Of a DNA stretch of 51,207 bases, positions 25,922-35,593 are shown piece after piece (positions within the stretch are counted from its first letter, which is position 1; every line of letters starts with the position of its first letter). The DNA lies in assembly GCA_964542205.1 (NCBI GenBank), contig CAZITM010000002.1, positions 1 through 51,207 of the forward strand. The letters run 5' to 3'. The notes beneath the pieces are model-generated. The model was not told where the DNA came from and ran no database searches. It worked only from the letters and a program-made list of their open reading frames with translations. The position numbers and the translations under genes are program-made. The stretch comes from an uncultured Candidatus Nitrosotenuis sp. Its GTDB lineage: Archaea > Thermoproteota > Nitrososphaeria > Nitrososphaerales > Nitrosopumilaceae.

Positions 25922-28066
25922 TCAAGCTATTGCGGTTTGTGACTTTTTTGTAGCAGGTCTTACCTTGCCAACTGCGTCAACCAGATCCTGCTGAGTTATC
26001 TTGATGTCCCTGAGCGTCTTTGTTTGGCCGCTTACATGTCGCTTTAGCGCTACAATTGCCGCCCTGTTGCAAACTGCCGCAATCTCCGCTCCGCTGAATC
26101 CGTCTGTAATGTCAACTAGTTTTGCCAAGTCAACATCAGATGCAAGTGGTTTTTTCTTTGTGTGAATCTCAAATATGTGCTTTCGGCCTTTGGCATCAGG
26201 TTTTGCTACCTCAATTATCCTGTCAAATCTTCCCGGTCGCAATAAGGCCTCATCTACAATGTCGAGTCTGTTTGTTGCGCCAATTATCAACACATTGTGC
26301 AATTCCTCGAGGCCGTCGATCTCAGTTAGTATCTGTGATACAACGTTTTCCGAAACATGTGACGAGTCGGCTCCACTTCGCCTTGGGACAAGTGAATCAA
26401 TTTCATCAAAGAAGATTATACACGGTGCTGCTTGCCTTGCCTTTCTGAAAATCTCCCTTACGCCCTTTTCTGACTCACCTACCCATTTCGATAGGAGCTC
26501 AGGTCCTTTTACTGAGATAAAGTTGGATTCTGTCATCTTTGCCACTGCCTTTGCAATGAGTGTCTTGCCGGTTCCTGGAGGACCGTGCAAAAGTATTCCT
26601 TTTGGCGTGGTGACGTCAACATACTCAAATGCTTCTTTGTGTTTTAGGGGCCATTCTATTGCTTCTTTAAGCTCTTCTTTTAGTGAGTCGAGGCCGCCTA
26701 CGTCATCCCAGCTAACGTTTGGTACCTGTACTAGCACTTCTCTTAGTGCGGAAGGCCTGACCTCCTTTAATGCCTCTCTGAAATCTTCATCGGTAATCTT
26801 GATCTTTTGCAGTATCTCTGAGGAGATCTTTTCTTGATTAAGATCAATGTCTGGCAAAATTCTTCGCAGGGATCTCATCGCCGCCTCTTTTGCAAGCGAT
26901 TCCAGATCAGCTCCGACAAAGCCATGAGTTACCTTGGCAATCTGCTTTAGGTTTACCTTTTCATCCACCGGCATTCCCCTCGTGTGGATCTGAAGAACCT
27001 CGAGTCTTCCATCCTCATCCGGGATACCAATCTCAATCTCTCTGTCAAAGCGTCCTGGCCTCCTGAGTGCTGGGTCGATAGAGTCCGGCCTGTTTGTTGC
27101 CGCAATCACTACTACTTTTCCACGGCTTTTCATTCCGTCCATCAACGTCAAAAGCTGGGAGACGATTCGTTTTTCTACCTCACCTGTCACCTCGTCGCGT
27201 TTTGGCGCAATCGAGTCTATTTCATCGATAAATATGATACTTGGTGTGTTTTCTTCTGCCTGCTTGAATATCTCACGAAGTCTTTCTTCGGACTCACCGT
27301 AGTACTTTCCCATGATTTCAGGACCAGAAATTGCCGTAAAGTGCGAGTTTGTTTCGCCTGCAACTGCCTTTGCCAGAAGTGTCTTTCCAGTTCCTGGCGG
27401 CCCGTACAAAAGAACGCCTTTTGGAGCCTCGATCCCGAGCTTCTCAAACAGTTCGGGGTGTCGCATTGGGAGCTCTACCATTTCGCGGATCTTTTGGACC
27501 TCCTTTTTGAGGCCTCCCAAATCATCATAGGTTATCCTTGGGATGGAATTGTCCACCGCCTTTGTCATGGTGCCTAGCTTGAACTGGGTCTCCGAGGTGA
27601 CAATTACCGGCTTTGGCGGTGTGGTGGATGTAACAATCAGCTGAGTTTTTCCGCCAAGGTGGGTATTTACAATGACGGTATCGCCAGTAGTAAATACATG
27701 GCCTTCATACAAAGACGACATGTATTCCTGCAATCCCTCCACTGATAATTTCTCTATTGGTGAAAGAACTATCTGCTTGGCAGGCGCAGCATCTACAATT
27801 TTTAACGAAACCTTCTCGCCGATTCCTGCGCCAATATTATGCCTAGTCAACCCGTCGATTCTGATCACTCCAGAACCATAGTCTTCTGCAGGACCTGGCC
27901 AAACCTTGACGTGTGTTTTCTTGTTTGCCAAAAGCTCCACGATTTGTCCTGTCTGCCAGTTGTTCTCCTTGACTATCTTTGGGTCTATTACCGCTATTCC
28001 CTTACCAACGTGTCTTTGAGCGGTCTCGTCGATTTTTAGTATAATTTCACTCATAACATCACCCAT
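25922..28066 (-). CDS. cdc48: CDC48/VAT-family AAA+ ATPase
   Basis: Two AAA modules (GPPGTGKT twice, DEID twice, RPGRFDR twice) plus an N domain. Confidence 0.97.
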   Translation of the reverse strand: MGDVMSEIILKIDETAQRHVGKGIAVIDPKIVKENNWQTGQIVELLANKKTHVKVWPGPAEDYGSGVIRIDGLTRHNIGAGIGEKVSLKIVDAAPAKQIVLSPIEKLSVEGLQEYMSSLYEGHVFTTGDTVIVNTHLGGKTQLIVTSTTPPKPVIVTSETQFKLGTMTKAVDNSIPRITYDDLGGLKKEVQKIREMVELPMRHPELFEKLGIEAPKGVLLYGPPGTGKTLLAKAVAGETNSHFTAISGPEIMGKYYGESEERLREIFKQAEENTPSIIFIDEIDSIAPKRDEVTGEVEKRIVSQLLTLMDGMKSRGKVVVIAATNRPDSIDPALRRPGRFDREIEIGIPDEDGRLEVLQIHTRGMPVDEKVNLKQIAKVTHGFVGADLESLAKEAAMRSLRRILPDIDLNQEKISSEILQKIKITDEDFREALKEVRPSALREVLVQVPNVSWDDVGGLDSLKEELKEAIEWPLKHKEAFEYVDVTTPKGILLHGPPGTGKTLIAKAVAKMTESNFISVKGPELLSKWVGESEKGVREIFRKARQAAPCIIFFDEIDSLVPRRSGADSSHVSENVVSQILTEIDGLEELHNVLIIGATNRLDIVDEALLRPGRFDRIIEVAKPDAKGRKHIFEIHTKKKPLASDVDLAKLVDITDGFSGAEIAAVCNRAAIVALKRHVSGQTKTLRDIKITQQDLVDAVGKVRPATKKSQTAIA

Positions 28067-28078
28067 AAAAAAGGAGGT

Positions 28079-28576
28079 TTAGGAAACCTCCACGGTCTTG
28101 CCTTTTGGCTTGTCTTCCTGTTTCAGCTTAAACTGCACTTCCAAGATGCCGTTTGTGTACGAAGCCTTGACAGAGTCCGCATCGACTTTATTTCTGATTG
28201 GGACTCGCGCGTGGTACTTTTTGTCGCCATGCACTGCATCAAGATTCACCACATTTCCCTCCACGACAACTTTGATGTCGCTTTTCTCAACTCCTGGCAT
28301 TTCTGCTACGAGCTTTAGGGTCTTTTCTTTCTCATCGACTATTGTGTCGATTAACGGCTCTCTGGTGTCTGCAGTCGGAAGCAGTCCAGGTTTGATATTT
28401 CCGTATTCCTTTACTTGCGGCTTGCCGTCAGGTCCAACGGTAACTGAATAACCGTAATAAAATGGCCCAAACCTGCCTCCGCTTTTTGCCTCTTCAAAGA
28501 TCTCGTCAAGATCCATAAATGATCTTGACATTCTTTTGAAGAGCCTATCGAATTCATCATCGAAGAACATCGTCAT
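28079..28576 (-). CDS. hsp20: Archaeal small heat-shock protein Hsp20
   Basis: GPFYYGYSVTVGPDGKP, REPLID, AEMPGV and ASYTNGILEV motifs. Confidence 0.95.
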   Translation of the reverse strand: MTMFFDDEFDRLFKRMSRSFMDLDEIFEEAKSGGRFGPFYYGYSVTVGPDGKPQVKEYGNIKPGLLPTADTREPLIDTIVDEKEKTLKLVAEMPGVEKSDIKVVVEGNVVNLDAVHGDKKYHARVPIRNKVDADSVKASYTNGILEVQFKLKQEDKPKGKTVEVS

Positions 28577-28591
28577 ATTACATTATGTAAT
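28577..28591. promoter_or_regulatory. Palindrome between the hsp20 TATA box and start codon (candidate repressor site)
   Basis: ATTACAT-T-ATGTAAT; minus-strand TATA TTTATATA at 28603-28610. Confidence 0.5.
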
Positions 28592-28675
28592 GTAGATGAC
28601 ATTATATAAAGATTTCTTAAATTATAATGAAATCTGACATAAGACTATTATATATGACATTAAATAATAATCTTT

Positions 28676-29341
28676 GTGAGAACAGCGAATCTTTCCGTGC
28701 CGGAAGCCGTACGTGATATCATCACAAAGAACCGCTCCATTTACGACTGCATGAAAATGGATGTCATTAACTATACGGCGCTTGCAGTAAAGATCCAGCC
28801 GGAAGTAGAGCGACAGCTTGGCAACCCCGTCAATCTCAATACTATAGTGGTTGCAATAAAGCGCTATGCCGACTCGTTTTCGGAAAAAGAAGACGTCAAG
28901 GCAGAGTCGGTCTTAAAAAACGCTAGGCTTTCCCTTACGGACGGAATACTCGACATCAGGTTTTCCACAAATGACATAGATAAAAAAGAGGCCGCCTCGC
29001 TTTTGAGCAAGTTCGAGCAGTACGATTCTGATTACGAGTTTTTCAGACTGGCAGACTCTACCTTTAGGGTTCTGACAGAAGACCTTGTAGACATTAGGAG
29101 AATGTTCGAGTCATTCCCTGCCGCAAAGAACTTTTTCAGCTCTGGGCTGGCTAAAATAAAGATACGAATACCTCAGAACCAGAACCGATCCGACGCCGTC
29201 TCATATGTGGCAGAGCTTCTCCACAACAATGGTATAGAGATGCAAAACGCCTTTTTCTCCCAAGACGACATCATACTTGTCCTAAAAGAAGAAGACGCCT
29301 CAAAGGCATACGAAGTGCTCAGAGCAGAGATCTCCAGATAG
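28676..29341 (+). CDS. ACT-domain-containing protein with an N-terminal helical (possible DNA-binding) domain
   Basis: INYTALA...TIVVAIKRY N-domain; C-terminal ACT-like 'VAELLHNNGIEM....SQDDIILVLKEEDASKAYEVL'. Confidence 0.75.
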   Translation: MRTANLSVPEAVRDIITKNRSIYDCMKMDVINYTALAVKIQPEVERQLGNPVNLNTIVVAIKRYADSFSEKEDVKAESVLKNARLSLTDGILDIRFSTNDIDKKEAASLLSKFEQYDSDYEFFRLADSTFRVLTEDLVDIRRMFESFPAAKNFFSSGLAKIKIRIPQNQNRSDAVSYVAELLHNNGIEMQNAFFSQDDIILVLKEEDASKAYEVLRAEISR

Positions 29342-29665
29342 CTAAACACCCAGAGTTTCGGCCTTTGATATTTCTAGGTATACCTTGTCACCGACTGCAA
29401 GTCCTAAATCCTTGTATTCCCGCATGTCTAGCTTGATGCTCGTTATGCCGCCTGGCATCCCGTAAACGCCACCGGAAAGCATCTTGTTTAGGCCCTTCAT
29501 CATGTCATCAATGTTTGAGAATCCCATTACGCCTGTACCAAAAGGCGACTGTGGAAACGGCTGGTTGCTTTCCTTAAAGTCCTTGGTGGACGATAATGAC
29601 AAGACCACATACGGCGCACCGTCTGGCGCTGCGTCGATTCTAACTATGACGTATTCTTTTTTCAT
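29342..29665 (-). CDS. Hypothetical protein (possible Arcadin-1-like)
   Basis: PDGAPYV.L...IKLDMREYKDLGLAVGDKVYLEI pattern. Confidence 0.7.
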   Translation of the reverse strand: MKKEYVIVRIDAAPDGAPYVVLSLSSTKDFKESNQPFPQSPFGTGVMGFSNIDDMMKGLNKMLSGGVYGMPGGITSIKLDMREYKDLGLAVGDKVYLEISKAETLGV

Positions 29666-29754
29666 ATGACTTGTCTCTTGTTTGCGTTATTTTACTTTAC
29701 CTTTGATGAACCCTTTGAACTAAACGTTATATCGACTAATTTTGCAGTATATCG

Positions 29755-31107
29755 GTGACAAAGAAAAGAATTCTTGTACTGGGGGGAGGATTTGCTGGAA
29801 TAGAGTGCACAAGAAGACTCGAGTCCTACTTTAAACACGACCCAGAAGTGGAGCTGGTTTTAGTATCTGAAGACAACTTTTTACTCTTTACGCCAATGCT
29901 TCCGCAGGTAGCGTCTGGCATGATAGAGACAAGGCACATCATAATACCAATCAGGACGATCTGCAAAAAGGCGACATTTTACGAAAGTCGGATAAAAAAC
30001 ATCGACCCTTACGGAAGGCGCGTCACACTATATGGAACGCGTGAAAAAAGAGGAACATCACTTGATTATGATTATCTGGTAGTGGCTTTGGGTTCGCAGA
30101 CCAACTTTTTTGGAAACCAGAGCGTCGAGACCCATGCATACACCATGAAGACACTCAACGATGCAGTTGTCCTGCGAAACCGTGTCATAGACATGCTAGA
30201 GCAGGCAGAAAACGAGACTGACCCTATTCTAAAACAAAGCCTCCTCACATTTGTAATAGTTGGCGCAGGGTTTGCGGGAATAGAAACTGCGGGTGAGCTG
30301 CACGACTTTTTGCTTGACGCAAAAAAGCACTACCCAAAAATTTCAGAAAAAGACATCAGAGTAATTGTCCTTGAGGCACTCGGGGTTGTCCTTCCAGGAT
30401 TTTCCGAAAAACTTGCCAAGTTCACAAAGAACAAGCTGATTCAGCGCGGAATTGAAATAATGCTAAACACAATGGTTGTAAGCTTTGACGGCAGCGAAGT
30501 CATCATAAAAAGTACGGGTGACGGTACCAAGACCCCTGTCAAAGAGACCGGACTTGATGCCATCCAGACAAGGACTCTTGTGTGGACGGCAGGGGTCACC
30601 CCAGTCGACACCATCAAAGATTCGGTGTTCAAGACCGACCGCGGCAAGGTTATTGTAAATGAGTACCTGGCGGTGCCGCAGTTTCCCGAAGTCTATGTGA
30701 TAGGTGACTGCAGTCTTACAATTGATCCAAAAACCAACAAGCCATACCCACCCACTGCCCAGAACGCAGAGGCAGAAGCCAAGATTGCCGCATACAATCT
30801 TTATGCCGAAATTTCTGGCAGGCAAAAAAAGAAAATTGACTATGTTTCGAAAGGACAGATGGCCATAATCGGCAAGAGGACCGCAATTGCCCAGATCTCC
30901 GGAATGAACATTTACGGCATCGTCGCGTGGTGGATCTGGAGGACCGTCTATCTTAGAAAGATACCCAAGTTCAACAAACGGCTCAGGATCCTGCTTGACT
31001 GGACTGCGGATCTGATCTTTGATAGGGACATCTCGCGGCTGAAGATACTTCGCAAGGACCAGCCTGTTGACTATAAGGAGCTGGACGAAGTGGATGACGT
31101 CTGGTAA
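29755..31107 (+). CDS. ndh: Type II NADH dehydrogenase-like FAD oxidoreductase
   Basis: LGGGFAG, FTPML, YDYLVVALG, VGAGFAGIETAGEL, WTAGV, IGDC and PPTAQ motifs. Confidence 0.9.
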   Translation: MTKKRILVLGGGFAGIECTRRLESYFKHDPEVELVLVSEDNFLLFTPMLPQVASGMIETRHIIIPIRTICKKATFYESRIKNIDPYGRRVTLYGTREKRGTSLDYDYLVVALGSQTNFFGNQSVETHAYTMKTLNDAVVLRNRVIDMLEQAENETDPILKQSLLTFVIVGAGFAGIETAGELHDFLLDAKKHYPKISEKDIRVIVLEALGVVLPGFSEKLAKFTKNKLIQRGIEIMLNTMVVSFDGSEVIIKSTGDGTKTPVKETGLDAIQTRTLVWTAGVTPVDTIKDSVFKTDRGKVIVNEYLAVPQFPEVYVIGDCSLTIDPKTNKPYPPTAQNAEAEAKIAAYNLYAEISGRQKKKIDYVSKGQMAIIGKRTAIAQISGMNIYGIVAWWIWRTVYLRKIPKFNKRLRILLDWTADLIFDRDISRLKILRKDQPVDYKELDEVDDVW

Positions 31108-31212
31108 AAAGGGAAATCCCTTCTTATGCCTGATTTTATGATGCAACTAGATTATGTGATACGTTACGATTGGTTGGAAATCGTTTAAAGTCATAACTAA
31201 AAGTGTTATTCT

Positions 31213-31653
31213 GTGAATGTTTTCATTCTTGCTATAATTGGAATCATAATCGTTTCTGTGATAATTTTCGGTATTTTCATGACTGGCGAGAACCCAATAA
31301 TACAATTTCCCACGGAACACTATAGCATAACAATCACTGGATTAAAAGACACATATCTTGTTGGCGAGCCATATTCGTTTTCTTATGTGTTGTCTGGATT
31401 TGGGAATCCGTGTGGCAGTAAGATGATCACTTTTCCAATCAACAAGACCCATGATGGGGGAACTGGCTCAAGTGCATCATGTCTAAAATCATTTCCGACG
31501 AATTTTATTCTAGATGTTAAGGAGACTTATGGTACAACGTATGGTCATATCGCACTTACAGAAGCAGGAAATTACACTGTACGAGTTCAGTTTGAAAAAG
31601 GCAATAATGGCCAAACTATAGCAGAAAAAACTTTCATGGTAGTAGAGCCGTGA
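31213..31653 (+). CDS. Membrane-anchored hypothetical protein (AT-rich gene)
   Basis: N-terminal TM helix, 'ITGLKDTYLVGEPYSF', one Cys pair, GNYTVRV. Confidence 0.65.
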   Translation: MNVFILAIIGIIIVSVIIFGIFMTGENPIIQFPTEHYSITITGLKDTYLVGEPYSFSYVLSGFGNPCGSKMITFPINKTHDGGTGSSASCLKSFPTNFILDVKETYGTTYGHIALTEAGNYTVRVQFEKGNNGQTIAEKTFMVVEP

Positions 31654-31904
31654 CTTTACTAGGAAAGCAAAACCACCATGACATCATTTTTGCCATTGAG
31701 CGACATGGAACTAAATCACACACAAAAATCCAGAACAATGCAAATTTGGAATATGAAAGAATGTTAAAGATAACAACCAAAATGCAAAAAAAAAACAGTA
31801 TGCTGGACGATGCGCTCAACATAACTCCAAAAGGCAAGGACTTTATGCGCGATATGGAGCCAATAAGATCGCTTGGGTTGCATGAGAAATATCTCGACAG
31901 GTAA
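31650..31904 (+). CDS. Small winged-HTH protein (HTH_45-like), possibly degenerate
   Basis: 'HTKIQNNANLEY....ITPKGKDFM' matches the archaeal wHTH pattern; GTGA overlap with the upstream gene. Confidence 0.6.
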   Translation: MTLLGKQNHHDIIFAIERHGTKSHTKIQNNANLEYERMLKITTKMQKKNSMLDDALNITPKGKDFMRDMEPIRSLGLHEKYLDR

Positions 31905-31931
31905 ATTATGGCACAAAAAAATTATGGGATA

Positions 31932-32300
31932 CTAGTAGTGGGTATAGTCCCCGTGTAGCTCGTTTTCCAGCTTTTCTACAATGTCCATCTGGCCGCCTTT
32001 GTTGTCAAAGCTTACCAAAAGCAGGTGGTTCTGGTCAAGTGGTAAGGTGACCCGTCGAAGTTTTTCGTATACTGCAAGCACGTATCTGCCTTTTCCTATC
32101 TTGTCTGCCAGCTGCGCTCTGACCTTCCATGAATTGACCGAGTATTTCAGCGACTCACGTGTCTCTTCTTCTGTGAGTAAGTTCACCACGCCAGGCCTCT
32201 GCCTTGAGCATACAACATTACCGTTCATGTCGCAAACCCTTGCATGTCTAATGTTTTTGTCAAGATCCATCACTCTGTCCAAGAGATGTTCAAATTCCAT
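31932..32300 (-). CDS. Thaumarchaeal roadblock/profilin-like (DUF6659-type) protein
   Basis: LDKNIRHARVCDMNG....R.G...LL..EE...IG...Y....YEKL.RVT.PL....LLLVS pattern. Confidence 0.7.
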   Translation of the reverse strand: MEFEHLLDRVMDLDKNIRHARVCDMNGNVVCSRQRPGVVNLLTEEETRESLKYSVNSWKVRAQLADKIGKGRYVLAVYEKLRRVTLPLDQNHLLLVSFDNKGGQMDIVEKLENELHGDYTHY

Positions 32301-32337
32301 GGAGAGTAATAACGCGGAATTTTGATAAAAGACTTTC

Positions 32338-32553
32338 CTACCGATAGCGGCTCTTTACCTTTTGTTGGTGCTCTTCTCTGGAGTGATGCAGCCTGTCTTT
32401 TTCGTGAATGAATTCTTTTCCGCAACCGGTGCACCTGACAATAGTCCTACGGTGATCGCGCCTTGCATGTGAGATAAGCTCGGCGTAGCTTTCGAATTTT
32501 TGCTTACAGTCCTCACAGACGTTCTTGCTGCGACTAAATAGAGCCAATCCCAT
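32338..32553 (-). CDS. Tandem C2H2 zinc-finger protein
   Basis: CEDCKQKFESYAELISHARRDH and CTGCGKEFIHEKDRLHHSREEH. Confidence 0.85.
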   Translation of the reverse strand: MGLALFSRSKNVCEDCKQKFESYAELISHARRDHRRTIVRCTGCGKEFIHEKDRLHHSREEHQQKVKSRYR

Positions 32554-32617
32554 TAATTGCTTGGTTTAACTATAAAAAATTTTAAAATTTTGTATACGAG
32601 TTTGGCATAAACTGTAC

Positions 32618-34063
32618 GTGAATCCGACTTTGCAGCTACAAAAATCGATCCGTGGCGATCTGAGCCGAGACGATGAAATTCTGGACTTTTACTCAGTCGA
32701 CTCTAGCTTGTACCAGGTAAGACCAAAACTGGTCGTATTTCCAAAAAACATAGCTGACATAATCAAAGTTCTGAGATTTGCAAAAAAACAAAAAATGTCT
32801 GTGACGCCGCGTGGTGGGGCAACCGGACTCGTAGGAAGCGCGCTAAACGACGGAATAATCATGGACATGAAAAATTTTGATAGGATCAAAGTATCTGAGA
32901 ATTCTGTATATGTAGAATCTGGCGTACACAAGGGGCAACTCGACAAAATCCTAAAAAAACACGGAAAATTCCTCGGCCCAAATCCATCCGTTGGCCCATA
33001 CTGTACCATAGGTGGGATGATTGCAACAAACGCAAGCGGCAGCCACTCGCTAAAATATGGAAGCATGATAGACAATCTGCTGCAAGTAACAATGATCACG
33101 GGGTCAGGCAAAATAGTAACACTGCCGTCAAAAAACAAACTTGCAAATTCTGTCGTAAAAATTGCAAAATCTGTAGATGCCCACAAGTTTCCACATGTTT
33201 CCAAAAACTCATGCGGATACAGACTTGACGCTGTGTCCACAAACACAACTCAAAAAATAATCGCGGCCTCTGAAGGAACACTTGGGATTATAATTTCAGC
33301 AAAACTACGAATCTTTGATGCTCCACCTAGTAAGACCCTGCTCATTTTGGGATTTGACTCCATCATAAAGGCAGCAGCCGAGTGCGCAGCCCTTAGCAAA
33401 CTTGGGCCGTCAGCACTTGAGCTCGTAGACAAGAACACGACAAAAAACTTTGGGGTAAAATTTCCCAAAAAAATAAGCTCCCTCTTGTTTTTAGAACTTG
33501 ACTCCGACATACGCGCAAAAACTAGAGAAATCAAAAAAATTTCTACAGGAAAACTGCTCTATGCCACAAATAGCGCAAAATCAATCGAACGATGGTGGGC
33601 CCTGCGAAATTCCGCCCTCCACTTTAGCCTCAAAAGCCTCCTTGCGGGCCAGCTTTTGCCACATGTAATTGAGGACGCAGCAGTTCCAGTCCAGAGGCTA
33701 CCTGACCTGCTAAAAGCAGCACAAAATCTCGGAAAATCGTTTGGCGCCAAGCTTGTAATGTATGGCCATGCAGGAAACGGTAACATCCACATCCGCGCGG
33801 CCATGCCAAAAAACGACAAAAACCTTGTCGACAAAATGGCAAAAGCGTTTTTTTCGCAGGTGATCGCACTTGGCGGAACCATCACAGGAGAGCACGGCGA
33901 CGGGATTGCACGCACCAAGTTTGTCAGGATGCAGTACGATCAAAAAACGTACTGTAAATTTAAGAAACTAAAAAGACAGTTTGACCCAGATTTGGTCTTG
34001 AATCCAAACAAAATAGTCTATGACAAAAAGCCAAAGAACCCTGCAAAAATACTTCCTATGTGA
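32618..34063 (+). CDS. FAD-linked oxidoreductase (GlcD/D-lactate dehydrogenase family)
   Basis: PRGGATGLVG, TIGGMIATNASG, SEGTLG, GHAGNGNIH, GEHGDG and FDP...LNP.K motifs. Confidence 0.92.
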   Translation: MNPTLQLQKSIRGDLSRDDEILDFYSVDSSLYQVRPKLVVFPKNIADIIKVLRFAKKQKMSVTPRGGATGLVGSALNDGIIMDMKNFDRIKVSENSVYVESGVHKGQLDKILKKHGKFLGPNPSVGPYCTIGGMIATNASGSHSLKYGSMIDNLLQVTMITGSGKIVTLPSKNKLANSVVKIAKSVDAHKFPHVSKNSCGYRLDAVSTNTTQKIIAASEGTLGIIISAKLRIFDAPPSKTLLILGFDSIIKAAAECAALSKLGPSALELVDKNTTKNFGVKFPKKISSLLFLELDSDIRAKTREIKKISTGKLLYATNSAKSIERWWALRNSALHFSLKSLLAGQLLPHVIEDAAVPVQRLPDLLKAAQNLGKSFGAKLVMYGHAGNGNIHIRAAMPKNDKNLVDKMAKAFFSQVIALGGTITGEHGDGIARTKFVRMQYDQKTYCKFKKLKRQFDPDLVLNPNKIVYDKKPKNPAKILPM

Positions 34064-35448
34064 TCAAAAATGCTGGGTGGTTTGGCATCTTCATCATATC
34101 TTACAACTAAGGTCTCTGTTCTAGGCGCAACATCTGTTTTGACTTCCACGTTGGAGATGTCTTCTGGATTGTGAGTTTTGACATATTGTACTAGATTTTC
34201 ACTTGCCTTTTCCAGATTTGTCTGTGATATTGTGTATGTTGGGTCTTTTTCCAGTATGGAATTGTAAATTGAGATGGCCTCCTCATATCTTCCGAGCTGC
34301 GCAAGGGCGTTTGCCTTGTTGTTAAGCGCCGGTAGATAATCCGGTTTTATCTCCAGTGCGGCATCATAGTAGTCGATTGCAAGGCCTATTTTGCCCAGCT
34401 TGCTGTATGCCGTTGCCTTGTTTGTAATGATATCGACATTGTCTGGGTTTTCGGCCAGCGCCATGTCAAAATATAAAATTGCCTGCTCATAATTGCATAG
34501 TCTCATCAAGGCGGGGCCCATGCCGTCGTAGTATATGATGGTGTCCAAATATTCGGCATAGTCGCAGTTTAGTGTGATCTCGTTTAGCATTATTCCAAGC
34601 TCGCGGTCTTCCACCGATAGGTTATCGTGTTCTTGCGCCTGTACTGGCTCTCTTTGTTGCCTTGGTCCTATGGCGGGAATTACTTGTGTTTCTTGTTTGG
34701 GTTTACTGGTCTGGACTGGCTGCTGCTGCGGTGCCGGCGTAGGTTTTGTATTTTGGCTGTTATCTGGGGTAGGTTTTGGCTTTTCCACAAAGTCAAAGCT
34801 TATGGTTTCTCTCGATTCCCCATAATGGGCCTTGACATAATATGTTCCGGGCGTCTTGAAGTTAACCCCGCCTTTTGCCAGAAACGAAACGGAAAACTCC
34901 AAGTCAGAATCGATCTCTGGCGTGTAAAAGCCGGACGGAAAATTGTTTTTGTCGTAAATCCCAACAAGAATTGTCGGGTCTCCAATTGTAGAGACCATCC
35001 CTGATACGGTAATGAACTCGCCGTCTGCATAGCTCTTCTTGTCCGTAGTCAAAACAAGCACTTGGGGTACGACCTGCGGAATTTGTGGTTCCTCGACAAG
35101 TGTACCTATTACCTCAAAGGACAACTGATCGGTGTTCTGCCCGTAATCAAATCTGATAAGATATGTTCCCGACTTGTCATAAAATGGTGAATCCAATGAT
35201 ATTGTTTTTGCAAAACCGTCGTCTTCTTGCAGCTCTACATTGTTTGCAGAAAGGATCGCCCCGTCCGGATCATAAACACTCATCGCAATGACTGGCATCT
35301 TTCTGTCCACTATATACCCGGATACTTCCATGGACTCGCCTGTGAAATACTGCGACTTGTCGGTGACTGCGACCATCCAAGAATCCTCAGCAAAAGCAGG
35401 CACGATGGTAATTACCAGAACAGCAAAGAGCAACAATTTGGCGCTCAA
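34018..35448 (-). CDS. Secreted protein: two Ig-like repeats, P/Q/T linker, TPR domain
   Basis: Signal peptide ending PAFA; TDKSQY.TGE / TDKKSY.DGE repeats; about three TPR units. Confidence 0.85.
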   Translation of the reverse strand: MSAKLLLFAVLVITIVPAFAEDSWMVAVTDKSQYFTGESMEVSGYIVDRKMPVIAMSVYDPDGAILSANNVELQEDDGFAKTISLDSPFYDKSGTYLIRFDYGQNTDQLSFEVIGTLVEEPQIPQVVPQVLVLTTDKKSYADGEFITVSGMVSTIGDPTILVGIYDKNNFPSGFYTPEIDSDLEFSVSFLAKGGVNFKTPGTYYVKAHYGESRETISFDFVEKPKPTPDNSQNTKPTPAPQQQPVQTSKPKQETQVIPAIGPRQQREPVQAQEHDNLSVEDRELGIMLNEITLNCDYAEYLDTIIYYDGMGPALMRLCNYEQAILYFDMALAENPDNVDIITNKATAYSKLGKIGLAIDYYDAALEIKPDYLPALNNKANALAQLGRYEEAISIYNSILEKDPTYTISQTNLEKASENLVQYVKTHNPEDISNVEVKTDVAPRTETLVVRYDEDAKPPSIFDHIGSIFAGFFGFLS

Positions 35449-35593
35449 TTCAGCTGGGCATGGCGTAATTTTGTATTTAATAATCTCGTAGAATTCATAC
35501 CTGTCCTTTTTATCTTACAAAAAACATGACAAACTCAACAGGTGACGGATTATATCTTTAGATATTACTCTAGCCAACAATACTGGTGGTTAG

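Noticed and set aside
26122-28039. Numerous long antisense ORFs opposite cdc48 (and likewise opposite lysC, pfkB, ndh, glcD and phoU)
   Set aside because: Typical antisense shadows of well-conserved genes, with no recognisable motifs.
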